Below are positions 28,129 to 36,713 of a stretch of 64,000 nt of DNA, piece by piece. The notes under the pieces are model-generated. The model had not been told where the DNA came from. It did not search any database and saw only the letters and a program-made list of their open reading frames with translations. Where the stretch lies: NCBI GenBank assembly GCA_965207665.1, contig CBDBMV010000002.1:3382215-3446214 (forward strand), in the 5' to 3' direction. Source of the DNA: Vicinamibacterales bacterium (GTDB lineage Bacteria; Acidobacteriota; Vicinamibacteria; Vicinamibacterales; UBA8438). Numbering within the stretch: the first letter of the stretch is position 1; the number at the start of each line of letters is the position of its first letter. The translations under genes were made by a program, and so were the position numbers.

Positions 28129-28246
28129 GTCGAGTCTCCTTCCTCACAAGTCCCGCTTGGGTCACGACCAAGGTCCCGCGTACGGGCGGGACCGACTGGC
28201 GTCGCGTTCCCGCCCGGGAGCGCGACGCCCCGCTTCGCGAAACCCG

Positions 28247-30265
28247 CTAACGCGACGGTTCCGGGACAACCGGCCGCACCGGGACCACCGGCGGCTCCGG
28301 GTCCACGTCGACCGCGCGCCACGCCGAGCGATAGTCGCCCTCCAACTCGATCGCCCGGCCGCGGGCGATAACCATCGACGAGATGCGGTCCGCGTCCCGG
28401 CAGAGATCCGCCCCGTGGCGCGCGAACACTTCCCGCGCCTTCGCCGGCAGCGCCAACTCCTGCGACGGCTCGTAGGCGAGCCCGAGGGCGCCGACGATCC
28501 TCGCGGCCGCGAGATCGCAGCGGAGCTGCTCCCGGACCCAGCCCACCGACCCGCGCGAGGCAACGGCGTCCCGGCGGCCCTCGCGCGACGGATGCCCCGT
28601 CGCGGCGGCCAGGGCGAGCGCCACCGCGGACGCATAGGCCGCAACCTCCGATCGGTCCTCGGGAACCACGAGCAGGTCCTCGGAAAGCCGGTAGGCGGCC
28701 GCAGCCGACGGATGGATTGCCACGCGCGCGCCCAGGCCGACCGCGGCCTGGTCGACCGACCCGAGGCCGGTCTCCCCGCGGGCCGCCGCGATGCCGACCG
28801 CCTCGGCCGGATACAGAGCGCGCTCTTCGCCGCCGCGGCGGGCCGGAACCACGACGCCCCGGACATCGGGCCCGACGCCGCCTCCGAGGTGCACAGCCTC
28901 CGCTTCGTCGAGCACGACGTCGGCAACCGCGCCCGCCCGCCGGCGCCACGCCTGCACGGCGAGCGCCTCCGCGGCGGGGAGCGGCAGGCGCCCCGGCCCG
29001 CCCGCCGGCCAGCGGGCGCCCGCGAACGGGCGACCGTCAACGTACAGGTCCGCCGCCGGGGGCGCCTGCTCGGCCGCCGGCGCGGACGGACGCGCCGGCG
29101 CCTCTGCCGGCGCCTCCGCGAGCGGGTGCCGCCCCAGAACCGCGGCGCGGTCCGCCGCAGGCCACGAGGTCCCGGCGCGCGCCAGGATGGGCGCCATCAC
29201 CCCCGCTACCGTCCCGGGATCGGCCGCCATCCAGGCGTCCAGGCGCCGGACGGCGGCGAAGCCTGCCTGCACCGCGCGCGCGACGCGGTAGCAGTCGCGG
29301 CCGGCGCCGCCCACCGCACGGACCCCTTCCGACAGCGGGCCGCCGCAGGCGAGCACCGCCTCGACCGCGGCCCGCGGCAACGGCTCGCGGACCGGATCGA
29401 GACCGACCGCGTAGTGCACCTCCGCCACCGTGCGGGTGCGCCGGAACCACGCGGCGAAGTTCGCGCCGCCGGGATCGAAGGACTTGAGGCCGAGGCCCTC
29501 GCCCCCGGCCTCCCACCGCCGCTCGACCACCGCGGCGCGCTGCGGGTCGCGCACGCACAGATCGACGTGCCGCAGTGCGACCGCCTGCGCGGCCCGGTCG
29601 AGTTGTTCGGCGAGCCGCGAGCGCCCTGGCGCTTGGCGCACGAGCGCCCCCGCAGCACTGAGCAGAACGGGATCTGTCCCCGACGCCAGGAAAACCACCT
29701 CGAGCGGAGGCCCATAGCGGACGCGGCCCAGCGCCTGCGCCTCGGCCTCCGTCAAGCCCCCGATGTCGCTGAGGTCCCTCCGATCGCCCACCTCCTCGGC
29801 GATCCGCGCAAACGCGTCCACGCCGATGCGGGGCAGGTCGCGCAGGCCGTCCCGGAGCCGATGCGTTCGCAGCGCGCCATCGGCCTCGAGAGCCCGGGCC
29901 CGGCGTTCCGGCAGCGGATCCCGAAAGCCGAACAGCCGGCTGTCCGCAACCCAGAGCGACGGGTGCGACCGCCGCAGCAAACCCGCCCGCCCCTCCAGCT
30001 TGCGGGCGATCTCGACCGACAACGCGACCTCGTAGACGAGATCGCCGTGCGTCCTCAAACGCCGCCGCTGCGGCAGCGCCTCGTCGTCGGGATCGATCCG
30101 GGCGTCCACCTGATCGCAGGCGTCGAGCCAATCCGAATTCGCGGTGCGCCGGGCCTCCAGACGGTCGGTCGTCTCCCCGCGGTCCACGGCCGGGGACTCC
30201 GGGAGCCGCTGGGTCCTGAGCCGGCCGGGACCGACCGCCTGACGAAACCGCCCGCGCCTGGCCAT
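28247..30265 (-). CDS. Large hypothetical protein (672 aa) of the DNA-processing block
   Basis: ATG 30265 (the track starts at the adjacent TTG 30268). Long frame. C-terminal SEVAAYASAVALALAAATGH..AAARIVGALGLAYEPS module is shared with neighbours. Confidence 0.6.
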   Translation of the reverse strand: MARRGRFRQAVGPGRLRTQRLPESPAVDRGETTDRLEARRTANSDWLDACDQVDARIDPDDEALPQRRRLRTHGDLVYEVALSVEIARKLEGRAGLLRRSHPSLWVADSRLFGFRDPLPERRARALEADGALRTHRLRDGLRDLPRIGVDAFARIAEEVGDRRDLSDIGGLTEAEAQALGRVRYGPPLEVVFLASGTDPVLLSAAGALVRQAPGRSRLAEQLDRAAQAVALRHVDLCVRDPQRAAVVERRWEAGGEGLGLKSFDPGGANFAAWFRRTRTVAEVHYAVGLDPVREPLPRAAVEAVLACGGPLSEGVRAVGGAGRDCYRVARAVQAGFAAVRRLDAWMAADPGTVAGVMAPILARAGTSWPAADRAAVLGRHPLAEAPAEAPARPSAPAAEQAPPAADLYVDGRPFAGARWPAGGPGRLPLPAAEALAVQAWRRRAGAVADVVLDEAEAVHLGGGVGPDVRGVVVPARRGGEERALYPAEAVGIAAARGETGLGSVDQAAVGLGARVAIHPSAAAAYRLSEDLLVVPEDRSEVAAYASAVALALAAATGHPSREGRRDAVASRGSVGWVREQLRCDLAAARIVGALGLAYEPSQELALPAKAREVFARHGADLCRDADRISSMVIARGRAIELEGDYRSAWRAVDVDPEPPVVPVRPVVPEPSR

Positions 30266-30271
30266 CAAGAT

Positions 30272-30604
30272 CTACTCCGCCGCGACCGCCTCGCCCACCG
30301 GCTCCTGCTGCGCATTGGCCGGGGGCTCGCCGTCGAGCTCGAGCTGGTCCTCGGGCGGGCTGTCGCCCGCGTCCTCCTCGAGCACGGTCTCGTAGAAGTC
30401 TCGGTCGGTCCCGAAGATGGCGTGCGCGGCGCTGGCCTCCGACATGACCACGACGTCGACCGCGAGGTTCCATTCCCGGATCCGGTCCATCGTGAGCACG
30501 ACGGTCCGCGCCCGCGACTGCATCGCCGCCTCGTACTCCTCGCGCGTCTCCGGCACCAGCGCGAGCTCGACCACGCCGTGACGCTTCAACCTCTGCTGCT
30601 TCAT
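30272..30604 (-). CDS. Small protein with strongly acidic C-terminal tail
   Basis: GGGAGGG lies 7 nt before ATG 30604. MKQQRLKRHGVVELALVP..., C-terminus EEDAGDSPPEDQLELDGEPP. Confidence 0.5.
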   Translation of the reverse strand: MKQQRLKRHGVVELALVPETREEYEAAMQSRARTVVLTMDRIREWNLAVDVVVMSEASAAHAIFGTDRDFYETVLEEDAGDSPPEDQLELDGEPPANAQQEPVGEAVAAE

Positions 30605-30632
30605 CGAGTTGCCCTCCCGCATGCCGCGCCGG

Positions 30633-31595
30633 CTAGCGGCCCGGCGCCATCGGCCGCGCCGGGTGACGGCGGCCGTACTCGGTATCCGGTTCCTTCAGGC
30701 CGAGCGAGCGGCACGCGCGCACGACGGTGCGCTCGGCGTAGTCCCGCGGGTTCGCCTTGTCGTCGCGGAACTCGGCGAGCTGCTGGATGAGGAGTCCCGG
30801 CGACTCCCCCGCGCGCAACGCATCGACCACGCCGTGCCAGTCCGCCTCGGACTGCGACGCCGCCTGGCGCCGGCCCCGGACGTAGCGCGCGGGGGAAGCC
30901 GGTGGCGGCGCCTTCGGGACCGCGGCCGCCAGCGGCACGGAGCGCGCCGGCACCACACCGCGGAAGGCCCTGGGCTCCCACCACTGCGAACCGGCGCCCT
31001 CCGGATCGTACGCCGAGCGCGGAACCCGCGCGACGCACACGCCGCCGCGGCCCGGCTTGCAGTTGATGAAGCCCGGCACGCGCATGACGCGCGTGACGTC
31101 CACGACCGCCGGGTCGCCCTCGTACGCGGCGGCGAGCCGCCGGTTGGCCTCCTCGGCCCCGGCCACCGTCCACGCCGCAGGGTCCACATGCCACAGGACC
31201 TGCCACCGGCCGACCGACGAGCGAACCACCGCGGCCGGCATCGGCACGCGCCGCGCGCGCACGTCCTGCATCAGCCGGCCGATGCGCCGGTTGCCGTCCG
31301 TATCGAAGTCGAGCTGCAAGCGCCGCACCTCGGACACCGCGCGGCTCGAGCCGGGCAACGTCGGATTGACGCCGCAGAACACGTCGCTCCCCGCCTCGTT
31401 TGCGGCGCGGAGCAGCCGCTGGCCGGCGGGCTGGCACCAGTGGACGGCGAGCCGCGAGAGCTGCCTGACCCCGGGACCCGGACGCTGGCGCAGGATGACC
31501 GTGGCGTACTCCCCGGGGCTGAACAGCTCCGAGAACCACTCCACGGCGGCGCGGTGCCAGGCCCGTGGGCCCGACAGAAGCGGAGAGCGACTCAC
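30633..31595 (-). CDS. RepB-like (plasmid/ICE) DNA primase domain protein
   Basis: VFCGVNP..VRRLQLDFDTDG..PMPAAVVRSSVGRWQVLWHV..ANRRLAAAYEGDPAVVDVTRVMRVPGFINCKP. Start placed at GTG 31595 (VSRSPLL); the N-terminal 60 aa of the listed ORF look non-coding. Confidence 0.7.
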   Translation of the reverse strand: MSRSPLLSGPRAWHRAAVEWFSELFSPGEYATVILRQRPGPGVRQLSRLAVHWCQPAGQRLLRAANEAGSDVFCGVNPTLPGSSRAVSEVRRLQLDFDTDGNRRIGRLMQDVRARRVPMPAAVVRSSVGRWQVLWHVDPAAWTVAGAEEANRRLAAAYEGDPAVVDVTRVMRVPGFINCKPGRGGVCVARVPRSAYDPEGAGSQWWEPRAFRGVVPARSVPLAAAVPKAPPPASPARYVRGRRQAASQSEADWHGVVDALRAGESPGLLIQQLAEFRDDKANPRDYAERTVVRACRSLGLKEPDTEYGRRHPARPMAPGR

Positions 31596-31787
31596 CGCCC
31601 GCTCCCGGCCGCCGCGCCGCGCGCAACGCGATCTGCGACGGCGAACGCAGCGGTTCCGGCGGGGGCGCGGTCCGGTTGCAACACACGGACCGGTTATACG
31701 GCGAGCGGAAACGCAAAGGGGGCGGTTGTACCCCAAGCGGTAGTCACTACCGGCTCGGGCCGCAAGTCCGCACACCGGGCGCGCGGA

Positions 31788-32246
31788 TCAGGAGGAAGGG
31801 GGGCGCAGCCTCGAGGTGTCTGGATCGACCACAACGACCGTGCCGGCGACGTGATCGTGGAGCACACGGCGGCGCTCGTCGAGCACGACGACGCCGAACA
31901 GGAGCCCGCGCCCCACGAGCAGTTGGAGGACCTTCGCGACGTAGCGGACCGAACACCACAGCGCGTCGCCGGAGCCGGCGACGCGGAGGCCCGCGCCCAT
32001 CTTCCCCACGGTCCTCCCGCCCAGCCGCGTCTCGCAAGACACGAAGTAGACCCAGCCCTCGATGAACATCGATGCCGGGTAGAGCCCCGGGGGAGGCCCG
32101 AGGCCGATGCCCTCCGCCAGAACCATGCGGAGCGCCTCGTCAACCGCGAGTCCGATCGCCGTCAAGACGACGAAGTCGACCCCGGCCGCCAGCAGCCGCG
32201 CGCGAAGCGGCGCCGGGGCCGGACCGGTTTCCGCTCTCGCCTCCAT
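31788..32246 (-). CDS. RDD family membrane protein
   Basis: ATG 32246 within ORF 31788..32606. RARLLAAGVDFVVLTAIGLAVDE, GRTVGKMGAGLRV, LHDHVAGTVVV. Confidence 0.7.
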   Translation of the reverse strand: MEARAETGPAPAPLRARLLAAGVDFVVLTAIGLAVDEALRMVLAEGIGLGPPPGLYPASMFIEGWVYFVSCETRLGGRTVGKMGAGLRVAGSGDALWCSVRYVAKVLQLLVGRGLLFGVVVLDERRRVLHDHVAGTVVVVDPDTSRLRPPSS

Positions 32247-32365
32247 CGAGCCTCCAGTCACCAAACGCGTCGGCGTCCAGCCATTATCCCCGGCGGCCCG
32301 GTCCCCGCATATCGGCATCCGGGAGATGTGCGCCCAGGCCGGCGGCGGCGAGCCTCCCGCGACTC

Positions 32366-32393
32366 TGGGGGCCAACCCCGGGGGCCAACCCCC
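32366..32393. repeat. Tandem GGGGGCCAACCCC motif (2 copies; third degenerate copy at 32509-32521)
   Basis: tGGGGGCCAACCCCgGGGGCCAACCCCc read directly. GGGGGCCAGCCCC lies ~130 bp downstream. Confidence 0.6.
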
Positions 32394-32538
32394 AGGCAGG
32401 AACACCCCGTGAATCGAGACCCGCCGGATCCCGGTGCTCCGGACCCTCGGGAGCCACGAGACACAAGTCCCCTTCCCACAGGAGCTTACCGCGAAACACG
32501 AAATCCCCGGGGGCCAGCCCCGAGACTGGTCTGAGTTA

Positions 32539-32633
32539 CCCTGAGCGACCCCGGTCCGGGTCGTAAGGCTCCCGGCCCGCAAACTGCGCGGGCCGATGAG
32601 CCTCACTCCCGAGCCGGCCGGGGTCGCTCAGGG
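32539..32633. repeat. 16-bp perfect inverted repeat with nested 8-bp hairpin (oriT or structured-RNA candidate)
   Basis: CCCTGAGCGACCCCGG (32539-32554) and CCGGGGTCGCTCAGGG (32618-32633). Inner CGGCCCGC (32573-80) / GCGGGCCG (32588-95). Lies in the divergent intergenic region between the transfer array and parA. Confidence 0.6.
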
Positions 32634-32930
32634 GCCATTTTTCCCTGCGGGAAGGCTCGACGCGCCCCGGCGCGCACGAGAACCCGACACCAGCCAGAAA
32701 GCGGCTGGGCGGGGCTGGGCTTCGCCGCCGCTCGCAACTGCGTCAGCCCCGCAAGACACCGCCCGCACCCGCGGCAACCCGGCAGCGGCGACGCCCGCGA
32801 CGCACCGAACCGATGCCCGTTTGATGTACGCACTGAGCTGCTTCAGCTTGCGAGGCACGATACTGACGCGTGCGCGCAACGCGGTGACACCCTCGACGGC
32901 GGGTAGACCCGCAAGCCGTCGATGCGCGCT

Positions 32931-32998
32931 CGCGTCAAGTGATGGAACGCGTCAAACAACGCACACATCAAGTGACGCGCACGTCAAACGACGCACAC
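32931..32998. repeat. Interleaved direct repeats upstream of parA (operator/centromere-like candidate)
   Basis: GTCAAACAACGCACAC (32951-66) and GTCAAACGACGCACAC (32983-98). TCAAGTGA at 32934-41 and 32968-75. Ends 16 nt before the parA ATG. Confidence 0.55.
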
Positions 32999-33013
32999 CC
33001 GCAGGAGCACCCG

Positions 33014-33721
33014 ATGACAGACATCCGCACCGCAACGCGAACCCAACGACCCGATGCCCCGCGGCCTCGGGTCGTGAGCGTGCTGTCGCAGAAGGGCGGG
33101 ACCGGGAAGACGACGCTGTCGTGCGCCCTCGCGGCCCTGGCCACCCGGGCCGGGATGGCGACCGCCGTCCTCGACCTCGACCCCCAGGCCTCGGCCGCGC
33201 AGTGGCACGATCTCCGAAGGGCCAACGGCGAGGAGGATCCGCCCGTCTTCACCACGCCGAGCAGCCGGATGCAGGCCCTCGTGGAAGCCCTCGGGCAGGA
33301 CGGGGCCGAGCTGATCGTGACCGACACGGCGCCTCACAGCGGCGCCGACGCCGTAACCGTCGCGAGGCTCAGCGACCACATCCTCGTACCGCTCCAGCCC
33401 AGCTTCCCCGACCTTGCCGCCATCACGAGGACGATCAACATCGCGGAGGTGGCGAAGACCCCTGCGACGATCGTGCTCAACCTCGCGCTCGTAAACCACC
33501 CCAGCACGGCCGACGCGCGGACCGTCATCGCAACCGCGGCCGCCGCGGCCGCGCCGGTCGTGCTGCACCGGCGCGTGGCGCACGTCAACAGTTTCAACGC
33601 GGGGCGCTGCGCCGCCGAGTACGAGCCCGCCGGTAAGGCGGCCGACGAACTCCGCGCCCTCTTCGGATGGCTGCAGGGCGCCGGCATCATCCCGACCGCC
33701 AGCAAGGGGCAGGCGGCATGA
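33014..33721 (+). CDS. parA: ParA/Soj-family partition ATPase
   Basis: GGAG lies 6 nt before ATG 33014. Deviant Walker A VLSQKGGTGKTTL, LDLDPQASA, LIVTDTAP. Confidence 0.85.
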   Translation: MTDIRTATRTQRPDAPRPRVVSVLSQKGGTGKTTLSCALAALATRAGMATAVLDLDPQASAAQWHDLRRANGEEDPPVFTTPSSRMQALVEALGQDGAELIVTDTAPHSGADAVTVARLSDHILVPLQPSFPDLAAITRTINIAEVAKTPATIVLNLALVNHPSTADARTVIATAAAAAAPVVLHRRVAHVNSFNAGRCAAEYEPAGKAADELRALFGWLQGAGIIPTASKGQAA

Positions 33722-34014
33722 CGCCCGCGCCGCAACGGCGCACCGGCTTGGCCAGCGCCTGGTCGAAGGCGCACAGCCGCGTGGTCGGCGGCCAGCGCCC
33801 GGCACCGCCCGACCCGCTGGGCGCCGCCGAGTCCGTCGGAGCGCCAGCGGCGCACGCCGCAGCCAGCGGCCGAAACTGGAAATACCTGAGCGCGCGGTTG
33901 CCGGCCGACGTCCACAAGACGCTCCGGCGCCTCAGCGTCGAGAAGGACATCAGCCTGCAGGAGATGGTGGTCCAAGCGCTGCGCGCCTACGTCGGGCACC
34001 AGAAGGAGAGCTGA
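33718..34014 (+). CDS. RHH partition/regulatory protein (ParG-like position)
   Basis: The ATG overlaps the parA stop (ATGA). C-terminal YLSARLPADVHKTLRRLSVEKDISLQEMVVQALRAYV is a strand-helix-helix pattern. Confidence 0.55.
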   Translation: MTPAPQRRTGLASAWSKAHSRVVGGQRPAPPDPLGAAESVGAPAAHAAASGRNWKYLSARLPADVHKTLRRLSVEKDISLQEMVVQALRAYVGHQKES

Positions 34015-34017
34015 CAG

Positions 34018-34695
34018 ATGCCGCAGTCGAACGCTCGGAAGCTGACGCAGACAGCCGCGGCCGCGATCCTCATCGCCGCAACCGGCGCGGCCCTCGCGTG
34101 GCTCGCCCAGCCCCCCGCCACCGAACGCGGGGCGAGGGGACCAGACCTCCCCGCGCCGCCGGCGCCGCCGCCGCTGTACGCTCCGGCGCCCCTTCCGGCC
34201 CCCGGCGAGCCGCCGATCCCGGCGGCGCCGTCACGGGACGTCGCGGATCCCGCCGCCCCGGACTCGAACCTCGCCGCGGCCGACCCGGCGGGACCGGCGC
34301 GGCCGGAACCCGCGGCACCGCCGCGAACGACGCCCTGGCGCGCGCTCGACCCGGGCACGTACTCGCTGACGCCTGCGACGATCCCGCTGTACGTGCGCCT
34401 CCCGGGCACCTACGAGTGGCCCCTGCCAACCGTCGACCGGCTCCAGCTCATCTGCTTCCAGGTGCCGGACCAGCCGGCCCACCTCTCCGTCATGCAGACC
34501 GCGGACGGACGGCTGTACCACTGGGGCGAGGACCGCCCGGTACTTCGGGAGCACCTGGAAGCCGGAGGCATCGACTCGCGCGAGATCCGCACCGTCTCCG
34601 ACCCTGGAGCGTTCATGGAGCCGCTGCGGGCCGCGGCCCAGGCGGCGTGCGAACGGGGCCTGCAGGACGCGGGCGCGCCGGGACGCCCGCGGTAG
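34018..34695 (+). CDS. Membrane-anchored Pro-rich hypothetical protein
   Basis: Starts 4 nt after the previous stop. TM AAAAILIAATGAALAWL, long Pro/Ala linker, then a globular C-terminus. Confidence 0.5.
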   Translation: MPQSNARKLTQTAAAAILIAATGAALAWLAQPPATERGARGPDLPAPPAPPPLYAPAPLPAPGEPPIPAAPSRDVADPAAPDSNLAAADPAGPARPEPAAPPRTTPWRALDPGTYSLTPATIPLYVRLPGTYEWPLPTVDRLQLICFQVPDQPAHLSVMQTADGRLYHWGEDRPVLREHLEAGGIDSREIRTVSDPGAFMEPLRAAAQAACERGLQDAGAPGRPR

Positions 34696-34921
34696 ATCGC
34701 CCGCAGCCGCGGAGCACCCAGCCCCCCGCCGGCAAGCAACACGACCAGCGCCGGGACGCCCATCCGTACGTGCGCTCCGCCGCGGCCGGGAGAATGCGAA
34801 GCGCCGAACGACAAGCGCAGCGCGGTGCACCCCTCCCCCCTGTGCAGTCCACCGCCGGACGATGATCGCCGGCGAAGGCCCCGCACGACCGCGAGCGGTC
34901 CATCCACACCGCAAACCGCAC

Positions 34922-35026
34922 ACTACTTGTACGTTATCGGGCTACTTGAAGCTCTGAACTACTTGTACGTACGGGGGGCGTTTATGCGGGCGCCGGCCGC
35001 GTCGGCACGGGGGCGTTTATGCGGGC
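34922..35026. repeat. Two pairs of perfect direct repeats, each at 36-bp spacing (oriV iteron candidate)
   Basis: ACTACTTGTACGT at 34922-34 and 34958-70. ACGGGGG(G)CGTTTATGCGGGC at 34971-91 and 35007-26. Sits immediately 3' of the repA stop (35041). Confidence 0.65.
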
Positions 35027-35040
35027 AGAGCCCATGAGAT

Positions 35041-36090
35041 TCACAGCGCAGGTGTGGAATTCTCCGGAGAGACACGGGGAGGCGACGGGCGCAGGACGAG
35101 ACGCCCCCTCGGCGTCGAGTACGACAGCTCGGGCCAGGCGATCCCGATCTTGCCGAGTTCACGCAGCACATCCCTGCGGAAGTCACTTACGGACTGACCG
35201 GCATCGCGCTCCGGGCGCGGCGCGAACTGCCGGTACACCTGCCGCCACGTCAGACTGAGCGGGTGGTCGAGGCGGAAGAGCCGGTAGGTCAGCCACAGGT
35301 ACAGGTCGAGGCCGAGGGAGCTGCGCTTGAGCTCCCGGACGACGTGCAGATCGATTGGAACCGGCGCGGCCAGAATCTCGTTGAACAGATCATGGCCGAG
35401 CACGATCGCGCTATCCCACCGAACGGGCTCATCGAAGCCCCGCGGGGTCCACCACAGCCGCATGTCCGTCGTGATGCGGTCCGCGACGGTCTGCACGCCG
35501 TCCGGCAGGTCCTGGGTCAACTCGATTGACGCGCGGAACAACCGCGTCATCTGCTCCCGCAAACGGGTGCGGATCCCGTACCGCCCTGCGCTGTCGCTGG
35601 ACTGTACGCCGAGCCGCCGCATGAACTCCGCCACCGAGCGGCCCAGAACGAGATGCCTCGAGCGGGTCCTCACTGCCTCCGTGCAGATCCACGCGAGAAG
35701 CAGCCTCGGCAGCACGCCGAAGGGAAGCCGCGGATCCGGACCGCCCGCAATCACGACCAGGGCGTACCGGCCGTTCCGTCGGACGTAATGGCTGAGCGTG
35801 CCGGGATCGGTCCGGGGCAACGTGCAAAGCGCCAGCAGGCGGACCATGAACCCGACGTCCGGCTGCCGGGCGGCCACCTGCATCAGGCTATCGATCTGAT
35901 CGCCGCGCGTCCAGCGGCCGGCCCGCGGCGCGAGGGCCGCATAGGATCGAGTGGACGAGTCGCCGGCAACCGTCCGCGGCAGCGGATCAGCAAGAACGCC
36001 CGACGGCCGGGGCCGCGTCTGTCCGGGCCCCTCCGGGACAGCTCCCGGCACGAGAGTGCGCGGGGAGGGGACGGTCAATCTCGAGGGCAT
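35041..36090 (-). CDS. repA: Replication initiator, RepA_C (plasmid-encoded RepA) family
   Basis: LPFGVLPRLLLAWICTEAVRTRSRHLVLGRSVAEFMRRLGV, PVPIDLHVVRELKRSSLGLDLYLWLTYRL, TWRQVYRQF..DFRRDVLREL. Start set at ATG 36090; it could be upstream (GTG 36168). Confidence 0.85.
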   Translation of the reverse strand: MPSRLTVPSPRTLVPGAVPEGPGQTRPRPSGVLADPLPRTVAGDSSTRSYAALAPRAGRWTRGDQIDSLMQVAARQPDVGFMVRLLALCTLPRTDPGTLSHYVRRNGRYALVVIAGGPDPRLPFGVLPRLLLAWICTEAVRTRSRHLVLGRSVAEFMRRLGVQSSDSAGRYGIRTRLREQMTRLFRASIELTQDLPDGVQTVADRITTDMRLWWTPRGFDEPVRWDSAIVLGHDLFNEILAAPVPIDLHVVRELKRSSLGLDLYLWLTYRLFRLDHPLSLTWRQVYRQFAPRPERDAGQSVSDFRRDVLRELGKIGIAWPELSYSTPRGRLVLRPSPPRVSPENSTPAL

Positions 36091-36304
36091 GACGCACGCG
36101 CCCCACCGCTCGTCTCGGCCCTTGAAGTCCGAACCCGGATTCGGCCCGTCGCCCGCAGGCGGCGCCACGTGTGACCGGCGAGCTTGGAAAACGAGAGCAG
36201 CGGCGCGCGCGACCTCGCCGGGCGTGCGATCTTCGCGGCCCGTCGCGCCGGAGACCCGGACTGCGGGAGACGAACGCGTGCGCCCGTTGTCGTGACCAAC
36301 GGCC

Positions 36305-36535
36305 CTACGAGGTCCTGTTTCCGTCCTCCGGTCTTGCCCGCTGCTCAAGCTGGACTAGGCCCACCTTGATGGCGTTTCGCAGGATCACGCCCGGTTTGAG
36401 GTTGGTGTTGATCGCAACCTGCCGCACGCGCTCGTACCAGTAAGCCGACAACGCGACCGAGCGCCGGACCGTATAGCACCTTCGCTTGTCCACCGCGGGA
36501 TCGGCGTCGTGCAGCGCGTCGTTCGGATCTTCCAT
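36305..36535 (-). CDS. Small RHH-like regulator (tentative)
   Basis: 76 aa. RRSVALSAYWYERVRQVAINTNLKPGVILRNAIKVGL fits strand-helix-helix. Lies between the xis-like gene and repA. Confidence 0.4.
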   Translation of the reverse strand: MEDPNDALHDADPAVDKRRCYTVRRSVALSAYWYERVRQVAINTNLKPGVILRNAIKVGLVQLEQRARPEDGNRTS

Positions 36536-36713
36536 GCATCACTCCTTCGCAATCGGGGATCTCCCGCGAAGTGCGTCCGCGCCGAGCCGGACTCGAGCAC
36601 CGGACCGCCTCGTCGCCGTTGCCGACCAGCGACGGCTTGCAGGCAAGCAAGTGGACGGTCGACGGGAAGGCCGCCAGTTTGCGTCGCTACCTCGCCGACG
36701 GTCGAAGGCTGCG

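Noticed and set aside
28034-30790. 918-aa plus-strand ORF, and similar giants (17913..19691 +, 59449..62385 -, 62030..63943 -, 19886..21640 +, 57180..58865 -)
   Set aside because: They lie antisense to genes with strong family motifs (VirB9/VirB4, TonB receptor, CobN-like, malate synthase). Their translations are dominated by R, A, G, P and H with no motifs. This is the typical stop-codon-poor antisense of GC-rich genes.
32596-33636. 346-aa plus-strand ORF spanning the intergenic repeats and parA
   Set aside because: The translation is Arg/Pro-rich and overlaps parA in another frame. The ParA frame has the deviant Walker A motif and a proper RBS.
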